A stretch of DNA of 53,667 nt, the filler included, from Ionaspis alba (taxonomy: Eukaryota): assembly GCA_964255285.1 (NCBI GenBank). It is 2 parts of 2 records of this genome, joined end to end, with 100 filler letters (N's around TTAATTAATTAA, not from the genome) between each part and the next. Parts side by side here need not be neighbours in the genome. Positions count along the whole stretch, not along the records: positions 26,901 to 53,667 come from CAXUUL010000143.1; 1 more part is not named here. One strand, 5' to 3'. The translations under genes and the position numbers were made by a program. Of this stretch, positions 35,907-47,590 are shown piece by piece. Numbering within the stretch: position 1 is the stretch's first letter; every line of letters begins with the position of its first letter. The notes under the pieces were generated by a model. The model saw only the letters and a program-made list of their open reading frames with translations, searched no databases and was not told the origin of the DNA.

Positions 35907-36882
35907 ATGGCGACAATGAGGTTTGACATTGGGATACGGCGTATGTGTTGCTGCAGAAGCATAATACCTACAAAACACCTGCTAACGCTCTCTCAGGGCT
36001 GTTCCCATTCCTCGGCTACCACCACGTGCTCATGATTCTCATCGCCATAGCCATAATCCTGCTCTGTACGTTTTCTCTCCCTCCACTCACCTCAGCCAAC
36101 ATAACTAACATCCCACCAGCACTCCTCCTAGCAGGCTGTTCCTCATCCTCCCCTCTCATCCCCAACATCTTCCTCATCTCCCTATTCTACCAACCCTACC
36201 CGCCAACCTTCGACCCCGCACAAGTCGACCCCGGCGTCACGACCGCCATCGCCAATATAGTGGGGCGAGCCATGCTCGAAGTGCGCGTCGGCTACTTCGG
36301 CATTTGCATCAATCCCAACGGCGGGAGTTTCTTGTGCAGTAATAATGCCTCCGCGCTTGCCGGGCAGGTGTCGGTGGATCAGGATCCGTTGAATTTGATC
36401 TGGGTGGCGAGTACGTTTAAGGATAGTATTGTGTTTCCTTACCTGATGTGAGTGGACCTTTCCCGCATATTTTTGTTGTGATTTAGTGCTGACGGGATGA
36501 ATGTAGTATCGTGGCCATCATCCTCGCCTTCGTCTGCTTCCTCCTCCTTGCCACCTTCCCAGGTTGGCACGAAGAGGTCGATGAGCGCGGCTCCGAGAAA
36601 GACGTCAAACCTTTCCCGTCGCGGCCTGTGTCGCAAGCCGCTCTTGCCCTCATATTCGTCGCTTCCGTTTTCGTGCTCGTCAGTGTGCTATGGCAACATA
36701 CAGCCTCTGTAGCCGCAAGCACGATAGCGCAGGACCTAGGGAACGGAAGCGTGCAGAGCGGTGTTGGCACCGCGGCCATGATATTAGGATGGTTTGGGTT
36801 CGCTCTGCTGATTATTGTGACGATTGGGTTGTTAGTCATGATATTAAGTATTCAATTGTTGGATAACCTGGTGGATGATTGA
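35907..36882 (+). CDS. FIG1: Fig1-family (SUR7/claudin-like) Ca2+ influx and cell-fusion membrane protein; 4 exons
   Basis: MATMRFDIGIR/RLFPFLGYHHVLMILIAIAIILL/..LLAGCSSSS..VRVGYFGIC..FLCSNNA..FKDSIVFPYL/..WQHTAS..MILGW. Four TM segments and a claudin-like GxxGxC motif. Confidence 0.85.
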
Positions 36883-37481
36883 TCAACGAATTGAAAGACA
36901 GGAGAGAGAATGAGGCCTAGGAATTGATATTGGTGGAATCGATGGAGAAGAGGACGAGAACGAATTTTTGAATCACTTTCAGCGAGCATTGGATGGATTT
37001 GGCTTTTGGGACGCACGACGATCATGCTACATACAGAAACCGACATATACCCTTCTTCGTTGCCGCTTGTACAGTTGATCTTCTGGATTGGAGGGTCCGA
37101 ATGCATTTGCTGGGGTTTCTTGGATATGGTCTGTGGGATTTGCTTGATTGTGGAAGGATGTGAATTTCATGAATGTGCACATCATGGGGAAGAGTTAATT
37201 GGACTTGTGTGGTTGTATATACGAAGGGATGAGCAAGTGGTGTGAGGATGACAACGAAGAAAATACAATCCATTTTGGATACCGCCTTTTCGTTAGGCTC
37301 CGCAGGTAGAACAGTGAATGCTTAATAAGAGACATATGATACATACTCGTGACCTTTTCTTAGTAGCTCTTGCTAGGTATCTTGCATCCAGAATCCAAGA
37401 ACTGACCCTAACCTATTTCCACCTTTCGCTTCGCTCCGATGCATGCAAGGAAATATATTCCAGTACATCCTCGACCCATTA

Positions 37482-39513
37482 TCAATACGTTAAACCACCG
37501 TCCGCGCCCCAAGCCCCATCGCCATTACCTCCATTAACCCCATTACCTCCTCCTGACCCCAGTGCTGGGAAAGTGTTTGCATATCGGTCAGTACCAGGTC
37601 CATCGTCGTAATTCGGCTGGTGGTTCTGATATCCGCTTCCTTGTCCATACCTTGAATTGGTCCCCACATCATCCAGGGACTTGTAGCCACCTCTTCCTCT
37701 CCCTCTGTTGACCCCACCAGCGCCTCCACCGCCACGATTGCCGCCTCGACCTCCTCGCCCTGCATGTGGTGGGTTTCTACCTCCACTGCTGTTCCCGCCA
37801 CCACCTCGTCCTCGATTCTGATTCCCACCTCGATGATTGCCTGTGGCATTCTGGTAATTGTTCCTGCGATTTTCATCGTTGTTACCGGATCTCTGGCCTG
37901 GTGGTCCTCTGTCATCGAATTCATCGGATACATGTTTCCTTTTCTGTTGGCTGAAGGGTTGATTTCTGCCGCCTGCGAAAAGATTTTCATATTCGTTCTC
38001 GCCGTTGACTTCCTTGTCGATTCGTAGCTGCACCTTTTCGCCGACTGTTGTCTCGAACACGAATTGCTTGTCGTCTGGTACAGGCTGCCAATTCTGAATC
38101 CTAGCGGCGTCAATAGGCTTGGCACCTTTTCTGCAAGCGAGTACGATAATGGGTGAAGGATTTTCAGTGTAATAGGCTGCTGAAGGAGGAATGGGCGCGA
38201 CTCGTGCAGCCCAGATCTTATTCTCATAAACGGCGATGCCGGTGATCTTCCATATTTGTTTTGCACCTAGGCCTCCAACCTTGTCGAGGATGGATTGCTG
38301 GGCTGGACGGGGCGTGATAAGGATGTTGTTTGCAAGGAATTTCAGTTCGGAGTCGGGCATGGATTTTGGTAATGTGATGAGAGTCAGGAGTTTGGAGGTG
38401 TCTTCGGGAGCGATGAGATAGCCTGTAAAGAAAATGGTGCGTTTCAGTTGCCAGCGTGTAGAAGATGTATGTGGTAAATTAGGGTTCGTAACATTTTGGC
38501 GTAGTGACAGATTGTGATCATTGATCATGCGCTGGACTTCCGCTGTCTCGGCGACGGGGTTCAAGGTCTGTGTGATTTCGGCAACCTGCACTACCTCTGC
38601 TGTTATGGGCTTGCGGTTTGTGACGGAAGTGTAAGAGAGAAGGGAGCGGTTCATTTTCTCAAAGAAGTCTCTGAAGCCTCTGACACTAGAAACCGAGTCT
38701 GTCAGGCTCATCAGAGAAGACAAGGAGCATGAAAAAGCTTACTGCTTCGGTCGATCTTCATACACCTTGATCTCCTCAGCATCTTTGTATGTATAGATCA
38801 GCTCTTCGAGTAGCGACTGCTTATACTGCATCGTAGTTGGAAATCTTTGACCACCAGGGCCGACTTGCTGCTTAAGGCAGATCATATTAAAGTCTAACTT
38901 CTTGCTGGCGACAATTCTTTGCAATAGATTGGCGAAATTGTGCTCTCCTCGACCAGTAAGAAGAATTGTGAGGGCGTCCTTTTGCCGCATACTCAATTCG
39001 ACGAGGTTGACCTTTGCAGAGTCAGCAATTAGGCCCGAATACTGTCATTATCCAGCATACAATGTAATTATTCCACCATCCTTCCCAAGCTCGCGGCTCC
39101 TCCTTCTCGATCCCCTCCCCGGTTGCTTCGAGGATGTGCTGGTCATGCCACCATCCTCCATTGACAAAGCAATCTTGTGTCTGAAGAAAGCCCACCGAAG
39201 GGCCAGTCCACAGCTTGGGGTTAGGCAATGGGCTCATGAACACTATCAAGCATTAGGCTATGCGCCGGAAGGTGTGTAGTAAAGCCCCCGAGGATTGGAA
39301 TGGCTTACACGTGTTGTCGAAGTCGTAGACATGTAGAGCCTTTATCTGCGATACAGCTGTACATCAATCAGTATCAGTGATACAATACATCGGATCGAAC
39401 GAACGTGGAAGGTCCCGGTTTTGGCATGACCATTTCTTGAGATACGAAAGCGTGTGGGAAACCATCGTGCTCCGGATCGAATTTGTAGTACTACGACTAA
39501 AAGCAATTCTCAT
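37482..39513 (-). CDS. HAD-superfamily 'Swiss army knife' RNA-repair-like protein with an RGG-rich C-terminus, multi-exon
   Basis: HVYDFDNT..FMSPLPNPKLW, GGWWHD, GWWN, ILLTGR and VYEDR motifs of the HAD_SAK family; C-terminal RGG/N-rich tail. Start at ATG 39513 or 39465. Confidence 0.82.
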
Positions 39514-39696
39514 GCCGTGTGTGACAGATTTGAGGATCGGTGATTTTCGCGTCCAATCATCGCATAGTCATGTTGTACTCGGTTGAAAGTCGAAAAGTCG
39601 CGATGGAAAACGTCATTCACATGGACTCAGTGGAAGTATTCCTGTCGCACTTTTCCGCTTGGCAATTGAACATCCATAACCAAGACCCTCCCGTAC

Positions 39697-40764
39697 ATGG
39701 CGGAAGAGGCGGAGATCAGGCAAAAAGTGTTGAGAAGTACTCTGAAGGAGATCGAGACTTTGACACAAGATAATGATGATCACACGGACCCATGTGTGAT
39801 ATGCCTCGAACCTGTTTCCGAGCGAGCTGTTGCTTCGCCATGCCGCCACTACAGCTTCGACTTTCTCTGTCTTGTGAGCTGGCTACAAGAGCGCTCGTCT
39901 TGCCCACTATGTATGTATGCTGAAGCGGACTCATGAATATGCATAGTGTATCTCATTGACAATCGCAAAGGCAATTCCTCAGTCCGCTCGGTCGAATATG
40001 ACTGGCGGTCTCCCGATGACTTCAAAACATACATAATACCACAAAACCACGCACCTCAAACTACTACAGCTTCACCTTCTACAGCCTCGAGCAATCGGAG
40101 TGGTGACCGGCGGTTGCGTACTCAACGTAGACGTCGTAGACGGCTAGCACAAACACCACCACTCACCGCAAATGCGGCATTGCTCCGACGAAGACAAGTC
40201 TACCGAGATCAACTCTACTCCCTCCATGTGGGCTCGAACGTTATTTCACGCTTCCAAGATCTGACTCCGCAGAAATTCGCTCATAACGAAGAGCTCGCAT
40301 CCAAAGCGCGGAAGTGGATCCGCCGAGAGCTGAAAGTCTTTGAGTTCCTTAATCCTGAGAGTTCTGGCGAGCAGGGAATCAGCCGCAAAGCCAACAATGC
40401 CGAGTTCCTGCTCGAGTATATCATTGCAATCTTGAAGACGGTTGATATCAAGGGTAGTGGAGGGCAAGCCGAGGATATGCTACAGGAATTTCTAGGACGA
40501 GACAATACAAGGCTGTTTCTGCATGAGCTGCGGGCATGGCTACGCAGTCCTTACATCTCGCTCGAAGCTTGGGATCGGAACGTGCAGTACAATCAGCCAT
40601 CAAAACCAGGACTCGGCGAAGAGAAGATCGGGGGCAATGTACAGATATCTGGTATGAGGCTGCAGGAACTCGAAGAAAATGAAAGGACGAGGAGACCCAA
40701 GAGGGACCCTATGTTGCTCGGAGTTGATCATTACAGACCCACTGGCTTTAGCAATGGGAGATAA
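39697..40764 (+). CDS. RING-finger E3 ubiquitin ligase (Topors-like); 2 exons
   Basis: [23 protein letters not shown] (completed across an intron at about 39911-39971); C-terminal WIRREL...[13 protein letters not shown]. Confidence 0.85.
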
Positions 40765-41195
40765 ACCAAACGACTCAAGCAAAATGTATCCATACCTGAT
40801 TGATGCCTCCATTCAGACTCCTGCTATTGCAGAAGACGATACATTTGCAGGAGTTTAAGTTGCCGTCGACTTATCTAGCCAAGACTGAGCAATCGTGGCC
40901 CGTCCGAGACTGCATAAGAAGTTCCCTGGCACCAGGTGAAGAGTATCCTAACCTCTATATCAAAAGACGTTTCCTTGACTGCAGCACGTGGATGAAAGGT
41001 ATACAGTCCAACTCCTATGGCCATCTGATTACAAACGCTGATGGTAGCAGGTTAGATCTCTATATCCATAATCAGTATGGAACACAAGAGTCCATGAACT
41101 ACTTCATCAATCCGCTAGTTGCAACAAATTTTTAACAGTCCGGAAGGGGACATTTGAAGAGGCAAGGCTATATAAGTCGAAGGAGTAGTGTTCTA

Positions 41196-42539
41196 TCAAC
41201 GTCTCCTACTAAACTTGGCGCCACGTTTGCCTTTCGACTGCTTGTTCTTNNNNNNNNNNNNNNNNNNNNNNNNNNNNNNNNNNNNNNNNNNNNNNNNNNN
41301 NNNNNNNNNNNNNNNNNNNNNNNNNNNNNNNNNNNNNNNNNNNNNNNNNGTACTCGGCTTCATAACCACCCTCCTCGTGCTCCTTTTCTGACCCTTCTTC
41401 TTCCAAACTCTCAAGGGTCTCCCGTCCCTCCCCAAGCCCTCTTTCCCCACCATCTCGTCTTCACTGCTCGGCCCCTCCCCATCAGCTCCCAGCGGCATTT
41501 CCCCTTCCCCAGCTCCTCCTACAGGCATCCTCATCTGACTATCCCTTACCAACAGCTTCGGTCTCTTGGATGCCGGCACCGACTCACCCCTTTCCTCTGC
41601 TTCCACCTCCCTTAGGACATCCAGCTCCTCATCCAACATCTCCTCCTCTAACTCCCTCAGATTCCTCACCAAAGTACTCAGCACTTGCCCTGCCGGTTTG
41701 CGCGGAAGCCGCACCGTAACGGGCGAGAACGAGATCTCTGTGCCCTCGAGCCCATCTCCCTGGCTCGTATTCGTGGTGCACGGTCGAGGAAACAAAGTGC
41801 GCTGGCTATCCCGCCGCAGGAAGTCGGGCGTCTCATCGAAGAGGAGCTTGGAGGTGCTACGGCGGGAGGTGGGAGTTTGGTGGGCGTTGAGGCACCGGGT
41901 GGACGGTGTGAGAAAGGTGGAGGGGCTTGTACGCTTGGTGCTAGACTGGAGAGTATGCGCGTGTTTGGAAGGTGTTGTGGTAGTGGTGCGATTTTGGGTT
42001 TTGGAGGGCGTGGCTTGTGGGTCGATGGGACGGGGCTGAGAGGGCGCTTTCGAGGGTGTGGGGGCAAGCTTGGTGGGGGTTGGTGAGAGCAGGTCGAAGA
42101 GGCCAAGAACGAGGCCGTTCTTCTGAGGGGTGGGGCCGATGGAGGTGCGTGCGTGAGTTGGCGTCAACTGGGTGGAGAGGAGGTGGGGCGAGTCGTAGGG
42201 ATGGAGGTCTGCGGGACGGAGAGGATGGTGCTGAGGATGGCGGGATCTGGACTCGCTGGTTATGGGGGGCGCTGCTGTCTTTGAGGAAGGCCTTTTGCGT
42301 TTCTTGGACGGCGATGCTGGGGATGACGTCCGTTGAGCAAGCGGGTCTTGAAAGGAGAGGCGGGCACGCAATTGATTGTAGTCTTTGTACAATTTTGCTG
42401 TTCACCATGAGCAATTGTAATGATTCAAGCCTGAAAGGAAAACTATGCCTATATCAGGATGTCTCTTGATGTCGTCGCGACCAGCTTTACGCCCCTCATT
42501 GGCAGCAGCGAAGGTTTTCTCCCATGCTTTCAATTCGAC
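41196..42539 (-). CDS. SLD2: DNA replication regulator Sld2/Drc1 (start and an internal part lie in gaps)
   Basis: ELKAWEKTFAAANEGRKAGRDDIK..YKDYN, IGPTPQKNGLVLGLFDLL, many S/TP CDK sites, KKKGQKRSTRRVVMKP, C-terminal GAKFSRRR. Interrupted by N-runs 41250-41349 and 42540-42639. Confidence 0.88.
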
Positions 42540-42646
42540 NNNNNNNNNNNNNNNNNNNNNNNNNNNNNNNNNNNNNNNNNNNNNNNNNNNNNNNNNNNNN
42601 NNNNNNNNNNNNNNNNNNNNNNNNNNNNNNNNNNNNNNNTTCACGT

Positions 42647-44386
42647 TCAAAATTCCATAGCATCACCTTCCTCCCTCTCCCTCTTCACCCCTCTCTCATC
42701 CTTTATTATCCCCGTAACATGCGCTCTAAAGTACTCGATGTAGGGACTCAAACTCGTCTTCTCATAATCCTGTAACTTTTTCACTTCTTCACCCTTCTCC
42801 TGCTTCCCCTTTTCTGCATCCCACTGATCGATCTCACCCAGCAGTTCTGTCACAGTCGGAACGCCTAACGGATCAAACTTCTCCAATTTATCCGTATCAA
42901 TCGGCACACAAACCCTCCCCGTTTTCGGATGAATAACAAACGGCGATTTGAGCAAATGTATCTGCTTCTTGCTGACCTCTACATCGAGTCTCGGATACGT
43001 GTACTCGAGGATGATATCTTTCTTGGCCTCTAGCAAAGCTTTACCATCGAGCGTACGACTGACTCCGGCTTTGGCAAGCGCGTCGATGTCGGCCCATTTG
43101 CTGGAACTTGAGCGGCCGGGAGCGGAGTCCCATTTCTTGCGCAATGCATCGTTTAGTGCCTTGTCTGGGAGAAGTTGTAGCAAGCGCTCTGTTTTCTCAG
43201 GGGTCTCCCAGGGGTCTTGGTCTTCAAGGATATCGTGCTGGAAGTGGTCTTTGAGGATATCGAGACTCCGTCTATATCCATATCCATCAGCACTCAAACA
43301 AACCAAAATAATTGGGAAGGTTACCCACACCAGATGTGGATGCAGCGGCCGCTTTACATTCACCTTCTTCCCGCTCTGAGCACCTCCCTTGATAACTTCC
43401 AAATAGCCCGCTAACGCCCTCCTCCTCCCGTCATCCATATCCCTCGCCTTGCGATCACTGATCCAAGCGTGAGCTCCTCTCCGTCCAGAATACACCCACA
43501 TGATATGCTGGAATCCGAAATCCTCTCTCAGCGCCGCATCCACAACTTTCACCGCCATTGTCACAAATGTCCAGCATTTGTGGCAGATATTGGCCTTGTC
43601 GCAGCATGTTCGAATCTCGTCGTAGTCTGTAAGATCTATATCGAACACTAGTTCTTTAGCTATAGGTCGGAATGTGCTGGCTTTGCGGAGGGTTTTACGG
43701 TCGCGGGGATTGGTGCTGTAGACGGGCCCGATTTCGAATCGGGAGGGGTTGAGACGGAGGACTTCTTTGCGAAGGCTAGGTCCAATGTTAGCATGAAGGC
43801 GCACCATTATCCATGTATGCTAGAATCTTGGACGTCATGCTTGCTCTTACAGGTCTGAGGTAGGGAAGCTTTGGTATCGCAGGTAGGCATCATTCTGTAG
43901 AGTGAACGCAAACTCCCTGTGTGCAAAGTCGTTGGATGGTTTCATCGAATGGTTGAGCCATTGGAACAAATATCGAAAGGGTAGTAAGCGTTGGTAATAT
44001 GCTCGCATCACTTCCGGATCTGTGTAGCTGGCCGAGGGCTCGAAATGTCTGGTACGCACTATTAGCGACAACTCGCAGAGGGTATAGAGAAGATAGATAA
44101 CTCACACAGGAGCGGCAGGCGGGCTGCTGCCCTCGACCTTGGCAGTTCCATCTGGCGCACTGGAGGTCGGAAACTCGTCGTCTTCGTCATCGGTATTGAA
44201 CAAATCTTCCAGTTTGACTTCTGCTGATTTTGGGACTCTAGTTGGTGTTTCGTTCTGATCATGCCGCGATGGGCTGTTCTCACTCTCATGGCCATCTGTC
44301 TCTTCAGCCAGAGGCTCCGGAGGTGCATCTGGCAGAAGACTGTCCTCTTCGGCCGGTGACGCTTCTGGAGAGATTGAGTGTGGCAT
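42647..44386 (-). CDS. PRI1: DNA primase small (catalytic) subunit, multi-exon
   Basis: YYQRLLPF, REFAFTL, YLRYQSF, RFEIGPVY, KELVFDIDLTDYD..RTCC..IC.KCW, VYSGRRGAH, YPRLD..VS...HLLKSPFVIHPKTG. Confidence 0.96.
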
Positions 44387-44505
44387 GACTTTGTTCCCTG
44401 CTATGAGGGCGATGACAAGGAATTTTCAAGCAAATTTGATGATTCAGTAAAGGCAGTATTCAAAACAAGCTCCCAACTGTCAAGGCCTTCTATGGTCGCT
44501 GGAAG

Positions 44506-44531
44506 ACGCGTGAAGACGCGTGAGAACGCGT
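44506..44531. promoter_or_regulatory. Three MluI cell-cycle boxes (ACGCGT) upstream of PRI1
   Basis: ACGCGT at 44506, 44516 and 44526, 120-145 bp upstream of the PRI1 ATG. MCBs drive G1/S genes in ascomycete yeasts. Confidence 0.8.
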
Positions 44532-45672
44532 CCGATTCCGAATTGTCTTGGCGCCATTTTATGTGGCTTATCCACTCGGTCTTTATCCCCACGTATGGTA
44601 CCGGTGGATTTCGATGGCTTGTTACCTAGAATGCTGCCACTTTTACTGATTTTCTACTCGTTGATATCCAGCATCTACAGCTCTTGGTGGAGTACTCTCG
44701 AAGCAGCGTTTCTAAGGGCTAGTAATGGCTCACATACCCGGAAGTGCCTCGCTCGACCGTCGACCGAGACCTTTTTGCGGGTACTTCTCAGCATGCTTCC
44801 GTAGTGCTGAGTCCGTAAGCTCTCTGGTAACAGCACAAGGGTTAGAGCTGCATACGGCTCCCTCGGGTAGTCTCAGCTGACTGCTGTGCTTATATAGCCT
44901 TGTGCAATACGCAGCTCACATTATTGGGTACTGAGAAGATGATGCACTTCCAGACCTTACGAGGTGATACGTGCTAACCACTTGCTGGCCCCTACTCCTT
45001 CCTTTCTTTGTAACACCTCGTACAGCTGTTGAGGCAGCTACTCGAATCTTTGCATTGACCAGAAGGATGTTTCATTCGCCGGTCTTTAGATCGCTATACT
45101 TAGAGGAAGTATCGGCGATAATTACGTCTGATATGTTCTTCGTGTTCAATATGGTTGACTTCTCCGCGTTGATCATTCCGTTCAATCTCTCGTCGTGCAT
45201 GGGCCCAGCCTTACGGTCCATCCATACAATCATTTCTGTTGTTGATCCCGTTTGAAGGCGTAGCTGACATGCGGAAATCTCACACCGTTCTCAATCTCTG
45301 GTCGTGCATGGACCGGGGCTTAACCAGACCACGATTACTTTTGAGGATCGACAGCTGACCGTCACAATGAAGCCTGCATTGGATATAATTGGAGAGTATA
45401 CTGGTAAGACGTCGCGAGCAGAATACGAGCTGAAGTAAGAGCTTCTGCCTGCTGGATCTCCAGCCAACTGTATAGCAGTCTCTTGATTATTCAGACTCAC
45501 CGCATCTTGGCTGCCTCTATCTTCCTGAGAAGATCACCACAATGGTGTGCACACTTTCTGCATAGCTTGTGAGAAGGAGACCTAATAAGACCTCAAGGTC
45601 CTGCACCTATTCTGTATTTTTCCAGTACCATCACATCCTTCAAAGCATAGTTCTGAGTGATTCGTGTTAGCT

Positions 45673-46977
45673 ATGGCCGACCAAGTTGCCCTTCCCGCGG
45701 CTGCCTCCACCGTCCAATCCTCTCCTGCAGCCATAACTCTTCCATCCGAGTTCCGTATCCAAGCTCAGGATGACAGGCTCGAGCAGAAGGGAGAGCAGAA
45801 GGTCACTACTCAAGGTGCTCTGCTGGGTGTGCCGAAGATCACTACTCAAGATGCTCCGCTGGGTGTGCTGACGAACTTCACCGGAACCTTCGCTGGGACC
45901 GGCTTCAATTTAATATTCCGCCCAAACAGCGGGCCGCCCAATGGGACGACGTTCCCCAACCCGGTCAAACCACCTCCGCCGACTCCACCTAGCGAGAACG
46001 TCCTGGAACTCAATCTTACAACAGAGACGCTGTCTTTCTCTAAGGGCCTCGGCAGCGTGCCCAATCGCGGACTAGAGGCGCAGCAAGACATCTTTCTCAA
46101 CGGCGTGCCCTACGTGCAGGTCATCAACGACGTGACTAATCCTACCACCGGAAAGGCGGACGGCGTACCCTCCGGCATTCATTTCGAACCCGGGCTGTGG
46201 ATGCATGTGCCAGCGACGACGAGCGACCCCGTGCTAGGCGAATCGCTGGTGCGTATGGCTTCCATACCACACGGCACGACGATCAACGCTCAATGCCTAG
46301 CGCCCATGTCCAGCGTCGCAGGCCCGCCCCAAATCCCGGCGGTGGATATTACTCCGTTCGTAATCGGCACCACCAACAAGATCCCGTTCGCTGCCCAAAA
46401 CGCGTCCGCCACGGACACCCCAAGACTGCCGCAGGACCTGACCAAATTCATTGCGGCCGGCACGATCACCCAGGCCATCCTGACCGATCCGAACACCGTA
46501 TTGCGCAACGAAAACAACGGAAAGACCATCACCAAGACGACCTTTTTCACCGTCTCCACGAAACCCACAGCCCCGGAATTGGGTGGTGGAACCGCCAACA
46601 TCGCTTTCCTTGAGGGTGCCCCCATAGGACCGAATTCAGGACCGAACTCGGGACCGAACGCAACTGCGGCCCAGATGTCGGCCACATTCTGGATCGAGGA
46701 GGTGCAGCACAAGATCAAAGTTCCGGTCCACAAGCCCGGTCAACCGCCCTTGAAGATCACCGCCCCCAGCCCTCACCCGGGCGCGCTCGTGCCAACCTTC
46801 TTAGTCAATCCGCCGCATGAGATTACCGTGCCAAAGACGATTACTGTCACCTCAACCCAGATTCAGTATTCACAACTCGTGTTTCTCAACTTCGCCGGTC
46901 TGACCTGGCCGCATGTCTCGTGTGCCACGCTAATCCCACAGAAAGCGTTGCCGGTCCCGGCTTCCGCCTTCAACTAG
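45673..46977 (+). CDS. Intronless nitrobindin/FABP-like beta-barrel heme-binding protein of bacterial type
   Basis: LGVLTNFTGTFAGTGFNLIFRP, LELNLTTETLSF, VPNRG, GIHFEPGLW, RMASIPHG, FWIE, QYSQLVFLNF, WPHVSCATL. The N-terminal L..L.G.W.G.G, internal H.E.G.W and C-terminal His parallel nitrobindin motifs. Confidence 0.72.
   Translation: MADQVALPAAASTVQSSPAAITLPSEFRIQAQDDRLEQKGEQKVTTQGALLGVPKITTQDAPLGVLTNFTGTFAGTGFNLIFRPNSGPPNGTTFPNPVKPPPPTPPSENVLELNLTTETLSFSKGLGSVPNRGLEAQQDIFLNGVPYVQVINDVTNPTTGKADGVPSGIHFEPGLWMHVPATTSDPVLGESLVRMASIPHGTTINAQCLAPMSSVAGPPQIPAVDITPFVIGTTNKIPFAAQNASATDTPRLPQDLTKFIAAGTITQAILTDPNTVLRNENNGKTITKTTFFTVSTKPTAPELGGGTANIAFLEGAPIGPNSGPNSGPNATAAQMSATFWIEEVQHKIKVPVHKPGQPPLKITAPSPHPGALVPTFLVNPPHEITVPKTITVTSTQIQYSQLVFLNFAGLTWPHVSCATLIPQKALPVPASAFN
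45799..45870 (+). repeat. In-frame 36-bp tandem duplication (KVTTQGALLGVP / KITTQDAPLGVL)
   Basis: AAGGTCACTACTCAAGGTGCTCTGCTGGGTGTGCCG followed by AAGATCACTACTCAAGATGCTCCGCTGGGTGTGCTG. Confidence 0.9.
46627..46662 (+). repeat. In-frame 12-bp repeat x3 (GPNS GPNS GPNA)
   Basis: GGACCGAATTCA GGACCGAACTCG GGACCGAACGCA. Confidence 0.85.
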
Positions 46978-47590
46978 ATGTCCACGTACCTATACGTGAA
47001 TAGGGGTCAAGCTTGTCGCTGCAATTGACTTAGGCTTTTGTATTAAGTCTAGCTTACACTCGCTTACCGAGTATACGTTGCAATATCTATGCGATGTCAT
47101 TTACTACCAGTATCATGATAAACAGTGCACCAAAGAAGACTTCAAATTCATGTGTAGATGAAAGTAGAGAGCTGCTTGAATTGAGGCTGCGTTTGACACC
47201 TTGCATTGTGGAATGGGAGTTAACCTCTTTCGATAGTATGGAAACGATCACACAATACCATAATGCGAGGATTGCCAGGGGCTGCCAGCCCCGGCGTGTA
47301 GGGTTGAACTACTATAATAAGCGTGGTCAATCGGATCAACCACGCCTATCATTGAAGGGACCTCCCGCAAAACAGCGCGGTCTGACCAAGGCGGCAGATT
47401 TTCACAACAAGAATGGTTTTCCCGCTACCTATGTGACTCCCTGCGCCGGTCAAATATATCCCTGGATCATAGGGTATCCGGTTTGGTGGTTAAGATTTCG
47501 TGTTATGAATTTTCCAACAATCGGCAGCTTCGACCATCAATAACACTCGATAATCTGCACTGTAAAGATATCATTAGACTTTGAAATAGA

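Noticed and set aside
37490..38266. 258-aa alternative-frame ORF overlapping the HAD_SAK gene, and similar long shadow ORFs (e.g. 51094-51777, 20006-20518, 4062-4541)
   Set aside because: Off-frame or antisense shadows of real CDSs with no recognisable motifs.
42540..42646. Apparent near-zero spacing between the PRI1 stop and the SLD2 start (possible operon-like or fused arrangement)
   Set aside because: The 100-N gap is a nominal size; the true distance is unknown.
43270..43330. Apparent hydrophobic insertion in PRI1 (WVTFPIILVCLSADGYGY), and similar inserts in SPC105 (about 5564-5614), FIG1 and the Ariadne C-terminus
   Set aside because: These are stop-free introns with GT/branch/AG signals that the ORF finder reads through, not protein insertions.
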